Shown here: positions 18,292-23,081 of the stretch, in pieces
Layout of the letters: every line of letters starts with the position of its first letter
Numbering within the stretch: the first letter of the stretch is position 1
Origin: Candidatus Fervidifonticultor quintus
Lineage (GTDB): Bacteria > Sysuimicrobiota > Sysuimicrobiia > Sysuimicrobiales > Humicultoraceae
Reading direction: 5' to 3'
Assembly: GCA_031459535.1 (NCBI GenBank)
Contig: JAVKIJ010000048.1
Location: 1 to 23,081 of the forward strand
Length of the DNA: 23,081 nucleotides
The notes under the pieces: model-generated
Seen by the model: only the letters and a program-made list of their open reading frames with translations
What the model was told of the DNA's origin: nothing
Database searches by the model: none
Program-made: the position numbers and the translations under genes

Positions 18292-19060
18292 GGACTGGCT
18301 CCCCCGCCGCGCCCCCGCCGGACGCGGTCAGCTCCTTCATGACCCCCAGGGGATACGCGGGGACCATGTGCTGCTCGCACCAGGCCACGGCATCCACTGG
18401 CGTCAGGCCCCAGTTCACCGGACACGTGGACAGCAGTTCTACGATGCCGAGCCCCCGGTCCTCGATCTGCGCGCGAAACGCGGCCTCCACGGCGCGGCGG
18501 GCGCGGTGGATGCGCGCCGGGCTGGTGACCGCCTCGCGGGCGGCGAACGCCACGCCATCGATGCACGCCAGCAACTCGGTCATGCGCAACGGCCCGCCGT
18601 GCAGGCGGATGTCGCGGCCGGCGGGCGTGGTCGTGGTCTTCATCCCCGGCAGCGTGGTCGGCGCCATCTGGCCTCCGGTCATCCCGTAGTTCCCGTTGTT
18701 CACGAAGATGACCGTGATGCGCTCGCCCCGCGCCGCCGCGTGCAGGATCTCCGCGGCGCCGATGGAGGCCAGGTCGCCGTCGCCCTGATAGGTGAACACC
18801 ACGCGGTCGGGTAGCACGCGCTTGATGCCAGTAGCCACCGCCGGCGCGCGGCCGTGGGCCGCCTGCTGAAAGTCCACATCGAAGTACCTGTAGGCGAAGA
18901 CCGAGCAACCCACCGACGCCACGCCGATGGTCCTCTCCCGTACCCCCAACTTGTCGATCGCCTCGGCCACGAGCCGGTGAATGATCCCGTGGGTGCAGCC
19001 CGGGCAGTAGTGCATCGGGACATCCAGCAAGGCCTTCGGCCGCCCGGCCACCTGGATCAT
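18278..19060 (-). CDS. 2-oxoacid:ferredoxin oxidoreductase beta subunit (TPP-binding, VorA-like)
   Basis: [25 protein letters not shown]...NN TPP motif, [15 protein letters not shown] 19060 overlaps the alpha-subunit stop (ATGA). Confidence 0.93.
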   Translation of the reverse strand: MIQVAGRPKALLDVPMHYCPGCTHGIIHRLVAEAIDKLGVRERTIGVASVGCSVFAYRYFDVDFQQAAHGRAPAVATGIKRVLPDRVVFTYQGDGDLASIGAAEILHAAARGERITVIFVNNGNYGMTGGQMAPTTLPGMKTTTTPAGRDIRLHGGPLRMTELLACIDGVAFAAREAVTSPARIHRARRAVEAAFRAQIEDRGLGIVELLSTCPVNWGLTPVDAVAWCEQHMVPAYPLGVMKELTASGGGAAGEPVHAHP

Positions 19061-20109
19061 ACGGCCACCTCCTGCTGGGCTGCGAGCGCCCGCGCAACCC
19101 CGGCAATCTCCACCGGCGTCGGAACCACACCGCCGACCCGCCCGTAGCTGGCGACCGGCGTGCGCCCGCCCGTGGCCAGTCGGACGTCCTCCACCATCAT
19201 GCCTGAACTCATCTCCACCACCAGCCACTTCCGGGGCTGCAGGGTGAACGCCTTGGCCGGGAAGGGCCAGAGCGTGATGGGGCGGACCAGCCCCACGCGC
19301 AGCCCGTCGGCGCGCACGCGGTCCACGGCCGAGCGGGCGATGCGGGCTGTGGTGCCGTAGGCCACCACCACCAGGTCGGCGTCCTCGACCTGATAGGACT
19401 CCCAGCGCGGCTCGCGGCTGCGGATCTCGTCGTAGACCGCCAACAGCCCGAGCACGTGTCGCTCCAGTTCCTCCGGCTCCAGGTAGATGGAGTTGATCAG
19501 CCGGCGCTCGTGCGTCGCGCCCGTCGTGGCCCACGCTGGCGGAGGCGGCGGCGCCACCGGTTCGGGCAGAACCACGGGTTCCATCATCTGGCCCAGGAGG
19601 CCGTCGGCGGCAATGACCGTGGGCAACCGGTAGCGTTCGGCCAGTTCAAAGGCTGGCGCCATGAGGTCGACCGCTTCCTGCACCGTGGACGGCGCCAGCA
19701 CGATCGCGTGGGTGTCGCCATGCCCGAGCGCGCGCGTTACCTGGAAGTAGTCGGCCTGCGAGGGCGCAATGTTGCCCAGGCCCGGGCCGCCCCGCATGAC
19801 GTTGATCACCACGCAGGGCAGGCGAGCCCCGATGATGTACGAGAGGCCTTCGGTCATCAGGCTGAACCCCGGACTGCTGGTCGATGTCATGGCCCGGGCG
19901 CCTGCGCCCGCCGCCCCGTAGACCATGTTGATCGCGGCGACCTCGCTCTCGGCCTGAACGAAGGCACCACCGGCTTCGTGCAGGCGGCGGGCCATGTACT
20001 CGCCTATCTCGTTCTGCGGGGTGATCGGGTACGCGAAGTAGGCGCGGCACCCGGCCCGGATCGCGGCTTCCGCGATCGCCTCGTTGCCCTTCATCAAGAG
20101 CCGGGTCAT
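19057..20109 (-). CDS. vorB: 2-oxoacid:ferredoxin oxidoreductase alpha subunit (3-methyl-2-oxobutanoate dehydrogenase VorB-like)
   Basis: [59 protein letters not shown] 20109 overlaps the ferredoxin stop. Substrate specificity is not determinable here. Confidence 0.88.
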   Translation of the reverse strand: MTRLLMKGNEAIAEAAIRAGCRAYFAYPITPQNEIGEYMARRLHEAGGAFVQAESEVAAINMVYGAAGAGARAMTSTSSPGFSLMTEGLSYIIGARLPCVVINVMRGGPGLGNIAPSQADYFQVTRALGHGDTHAIVLAPSTVQEAVDLMAPAFELAERYRLPTVIAADGLLGQMMEPVVLPEPVAPPPPPAWATTGATHERRLINSIYLEPEELERHVLGLLAVYDEIRSREPRWESYQVEDADLVVVAYGTTARIARSAVDRVRADGLRVGLVRPITLWPFPAKAFTLQPRKWLVVEMSSGMMVEDVRLATGGRTPVASYGRVGGVVPTPVEIAGVARALAAQQEVAV

Positions 20110-20384
20110 GCCGCCACCCCCTTCCGCGCCGGCCGTGGCGGCTTGAAGACCGTGATGGCTGTCTCCGGGCAGACCAGGGCGCACACGGCGCAGGATGTGC
20201 AGCGTTCGTTGTCCAGCAGGACTGCCGCCGGATACCCTCGCTCGTTCAGCGCGCCCAGCGCCAGCACCGCCGGAGGGCAGACGGACACACACAGGGAGCA
20301 TCCCTTGCACCGGTCGGTGGCGATCACCACACGCGGCTCGGCCGAGGCTATCACAGGCTCATCACCATCCCATCGCACCAGCAT
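20106..20384 (-). CDS. 2[4Fe-4S] ferredoxin, OFOR delta subunit
   Basis: [12 protein letters not shown] and [19 protein letters not shown] 20384 with GGAGAGG RBS (alternative GTG 20354). Confidence 0.9.
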   Translation of the reverse strand: MLVRWDGDEPVIASAEPRVVIATDRCKGCSLCVSVCPPAVLALGALNERGYPAAVLLDNERCTSCAVCALVCPETAITVFKPPRPARKGVAA

Positions 20385-20409
20385 GCGAACCCTCTCCGCT
20401 GGTACCCCG

Positions 20410-21144
20410 CTACTTCCTCCCAAGGCCCGGCCGAAGGTGCGCGTCATCGAGACCGTAGGCCAGACTGTTGCGCACTTCCACGACACCATCAGCCATGGCG
20501 GCCCACTTGCCGGCCAGCTCCGCTTCGGACCGACGCTCCACGGTGCCGTCCAGGTACACCACACCGTCCCTGACGGTGACGGTGACCTTCGAGAGGTCGA
20601 TCCACAAGTCGTGCATCAGGCTGGAACGGATGATCTCCGCCAGTTCCTCGTCCGGCCGCTGGAACACCTTGAGGACGTCGGCGCGGCTGACAATGCCGAC
20701 GACCCGACCCGCCCGCAGGACGACCACACGGTTGATCCGGTGCCTGACCATGACTTGAGCGATCTCGTGCACCGTGGTCGACTCGGCCACGGTCAGCACC
20801 GGTGAGGTCATGATCTCGTAGGCGCGGGTGCCTTCCGCCTTCCGCGCCTGGACGTGCTGCTCGATCACTGAGCGAACCGGGAGCCGGCGTACGACCGGCG
20901 GCGGCTCGCTGGGTTTCGGCAACACTTCTTTGTAGAGCAGATCGCCCTCTGTGACGATTCCGACCAGCTCGTGCTCGGCCGTCACGATGGGAATGCCGCT
21001 GATCCGGTGCGTGGTCATCAGCGCTGCTAGGTCTCTCACCGTGGTCTCCGGTCGAGCGGTGATTACCGGTGACGTCATGATGTCCCGGGCCACCAACCGC
21101 AGATGGCGCGGCTGCACCGGGGTGTCCGCGCTGACGTTGGTCAT
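20410..21144 (-). CDS. CBS-pair plus BON domain protein
   Basis: ARDIMTSPV, ISGIPIV, GIVTEGDLL, GIVSRADVL; C-terminal VTVRDGVVYLDGTV...GVVEVRNSL (BON). Confidence 0.88.
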   Translation of the reverse strand: MTNVSADTPVQPRHLRLVARDIMTSPVITARPETTVRDLAALMTTHRISGIPIVTAEHELVGIVTEGDLLYKEVLPKPSEPPPVVRRLPVRSVIEQHVQARKAEGTRAYEIMTSPVLTVAESTTVHEIAQVMVRHRINRVVVLRAGRVVGIVSRADVLKVFQRPDEELAEIIRSSLMHDLWIDLSKVTVTVRDGVVYLDGTVERRSEAELAGKWAAMADGVVEVRNSLAYGLDDAHLRPGLGRK

Positions 21145-21157
21145 GCTGGTCCCCCCC

Positions 21158-21625
21158 TCACGACGCGCCCGCCCTGGCCAGGGGCGGGCGCTGCCGATCC
21201 ATCAGCATGGCGTACGGTACCACCACCACCGGGCAGGGGGCCCGGCGCAGCACCCCCTCGGCCACGCTGCCCACGAGGAGGCGCTGCAACCCGGTGCGAC
21301 CGTGGGTACCCATCACGATCAAGTCCACATCGCCCCGGGAGGCGCGCTCGAGGATCACGTCTGCGGGTTGTCCCTTGCCGATCACGATGCGCGCGCGCCC
21401 CGGGTCAGTACCCGACCCGACTACGAGACGGTCGACCTCCGCGCGGAGTCGTTCGAGTAGCCGGTCGGCCGACAGCCGGGCTTCTGGCCCCGCGATCCTC
21501 CCCTCGTCCGCCCCGTACGCATGAATCAGCACCAGGTCGGCGTCCATCCGGGATGCCAGATGGGCTGCGAACCTCACCAGCGCCAGCGAGGCCGGCGAGA
21601 GGTCCACCGCGACGAGCATCCGCAC
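21158..21625 (-). CDS. Universal stress protein (UspA family)
   Basis: LVAVDLS, G.PADVIL, DLIVMGTHGRTGL..LLVGSVAE.VLRRAPCPVVVV (ATP-binding type motif). Confidence 0.93.
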   Translation of the reverse strand: MRMLVAVDLSPASLALVRFAAHLASRMDADLVLIHAYGADEGRIAGPEARLSADRLLERLRAEVDRLVVGSGTDPGRARIVIGKGQPADVILERASRGDVDLIVMGTHGRTGLQRLLVGSVAEGVLRRAPCPVVVVPYAMLMDRQRPPLARAGAS

Positions 21626-21631
21626 GTCGGT

Positions 21632-22279
21632 TCATCCCTCCACGGTGTCCGCTGGCCCGTGCTCAAGCTGCACGTCCAGAGCGAGCCGCTCCAGCACCTC
21701 CCGGGTCCGGCGCACGTCGCGCTTCCGAACCACGACGCCAATGCCCTCGGTGCCCCGCAACCGCAGCGTCTGCAGCGAGAGCACTGGAACGGCGGCACGC
21801 ACCAGGGCGCCGGTGATCCGGGGCAGTTCGACCGAAATGCTACCTACCGTCACATGGAGCCGCACCTCATGCGGACCGGTGCCCAGCACTTCGGCGAAGA
21901 CGTCGAAGATGTCGCTCTCCGTGAGGACGCCAACCAGAGCGTCGCCGTCTACGACCGGGAGCCCGCCGATCTTGTGCCGCCGCATCACCGCCGCGGCGTG
22001 CTCGATGGGGGTCTCGGGGCCGACCACCCTGGGCGACGGCGTCATCAGGTGCCGGACGAGCACGCCGACCGAAAGGCTGGGAACCTGCCACTGGCCCCCG
22101 ACCGCAGGCGGCTTCAGGCGGACTACGTCGGTCCAGGTGAGGATGCCGACCAGCCGACCGTCTTCCACCACGGGGAGCCGACGGATGCGGTGGCGCCTCA
22201 TGAGACCCAGCGCCTCCCAGGCTGGCGCGTCCGGGCCGATCACCTGGACGGGCGAACTCATGCAGTCGCGGACGCGCAT
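21632..22279 (-). CDS. acuB: CBS-pair plus ACT-like domain protein, AcuB-like
   Basis: MRVRDCMS, IRRLPVV, KIGGLPVV, GVLTESDIFDVFAEVLG followed by a ~70 aa ACT-like region; directly follows the acuA-like gene. Confidence 0.78.
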   Translation of the reverse strand: MRVRDCMSSPVQVIGPDAPAWEALGLMRRHRIRRLPVVEDGRLVGILTWTDVVRLKPPAVGGQWQVPSLSVGVLVRHLMTPSPRVVGPETPIEHAAAVMRRHKIGGLPVVDGDALVGVLTESDIFDVFAEVLGTGPHEVRLHVTVGSISVELPRITGALVRAAVPVLSLQTLRLRGTEGIGVVVRKRDVRRTREVLERLALDVQLEHGPADTVEG

Positions 22280-22289
22280 GGGGCAGGTC

Positions 22290-22919
22290 CTAGGCGGCCA
22301 GCTCTCCCCGCTGACTCTGGCGGAATCGCCGGAGCAGATCGGGCGCCACGAGACGGCCGACGCGCACCGCGAGGAAGTTGGCAGGCTCCATCATCACGTT
22401 GGGTTCGTTGGTCCACTCCCGACGGAAACCAAACCGCTCGAAGAGCCCGAGCAGCCTCGCAGAGTAGGCCGTGGCGGAGAGTCCGGTCTCTTCCATGTCC
22501 CAGCACCACATGTACGCCGTGGCCACGTAGATGCGCGCCTCAACCTCCGGACGGCTGAAGGCCTGGCGGAACAGGGCCTGGGCCAGGCCCCGGCCCCGGT
22601 AGCCGCGGGCGACCTCGATGCCGATCTCCAGGATCCGCAGATCGTTCAGCCGCCCCCAGGGCTGATCCGGCCCGGAGGGTACCAGGAGCAGGTAGCCCAC
22701 AATGGCAGCGCCGGTGGTCGCAGCGAACACCTCACCGCCTGGGACCCGCAGTCCCTTGCCCAGGGACTCCCGGACGATCTGGCCCCGTCGCGGCCCGTAG
22801 GCACAGAAGGCCCCCAGTCCGGGGTGGATTTCGTACCGGGCAAGCTCCCGGGAGTCTGTGAGCTGGAGGATCGTCGGGCGGCCGTCGCGAAGCTTGTCCA
22901 CCTCGAGCACAGGCCTCAT
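22290..22919 (-). CDS. acuA: AcuA-like GNAT protein lysine acetyltransferase
   Basis: HPGLGAF, IEVARGYRGRGLA (motif A); Y.W.WD...TGL...Y...L...T.EP.V...PAN.L..RVG resembles the Bacillus AcuA C-terminus. Confidence 0.8.
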   Translation of the reverse strand: MRPVLEVDKLRDGRPTILQLTDSRELARYEIHPGLGAFCAYGPRRGQIVRESLGKGLRVPGGEVFAATTGAAIVGYLLLVPSGPDQPWGRLNDLRILEIGIEVARGYRGRGLAQALFRQAFSRPEVEARIYVATAYMWCWDMEETGLSATAYSARLLGLFERFGFRREWTNEPNVMMEPANFLAVRVGRLVAPDLLRRFRQSQRGELAA

Positions 22920-22930
22920 CCCCCGCTGCC

Positions 22931-22976
22931 AGCATAGACCGCGGAGCCTGGCTGGACCATCGGATGGAAACCCTAT
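22931..22976 (-). promoter_or_regulatory. Candidate activator-dependent promoter of the acuA cluster
   Basis: -10-like TATGCT (22936-22931), no good -35, and an imperfect palindrome ATAGGGTTTCCATCCGAT (22976-22959). Confidence 0.4.
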
Positions 22977-23081
22977 TTGGCCTAGGAGCCCGTCCCGGAA
23001 ATGGCGTCGAGATGAGATGCTATGAGACCTGACCTGCTTGTGAAGCGAGTACCAGGCCAGGAAAGCTCTTGGGCCGGGATC

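Noticed and set aside
22990..23081. Divergent plus-strand promoter or gene start at the right edge (TGCTATGAG; ATGs at about 23012-23022)
   Set aside because: The consensus match is poor and too little sequence remains to support a call.

Overview
A high-GC (roughly 70% by eye) bacterial chromosomal segment in which all credible genes (about 32) lie on the minus strand, tightly packed with many ATGA/GTGA stop-start overlaps. In transcription order (right to left) there are three parts. (1) A putative 11-12 gene accessory operon: acuA-like GNAT, acuB-like CBS/ACT, USP, CBS-BON, a four-subunit 2-oxoacid:ferredoxin oxidoreductase (delta-alpha-beta-gamma), an orphan NreC/NarL-type response regulator, a P1B-4 metal ATPase, a holin-X-like membrane protein and a possible small ORF. 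(2) tatA-tatC-DUF4321-like. (3) A conserved Terrabacteria-type housekeeping run: maf-radC-mreBCD-mrdA-rodA-rng-rplU-rpmA-obg-nadD-rsfS, then a tandem GNAT, a hotdog thioesterase, smpB and the 5' end of purE. I saw no rRNA, tRNA, tmRNA, CRISPR array or mobile element. The best candidate for an undescribed system is the acuAB-USP-CBS/BON-OFOR-regulator-ATPase cluster, which looks like a low-oxygen/energy-stress module with a candidate activator site upstream. Other points of interest are an RBS-sequestering RNA stem between maf and radC, an RNase G-like enzyme with a possible membrane-targeting tail, and two possible non-canonical start codons. All product calls come from motif recognition, with no database search.
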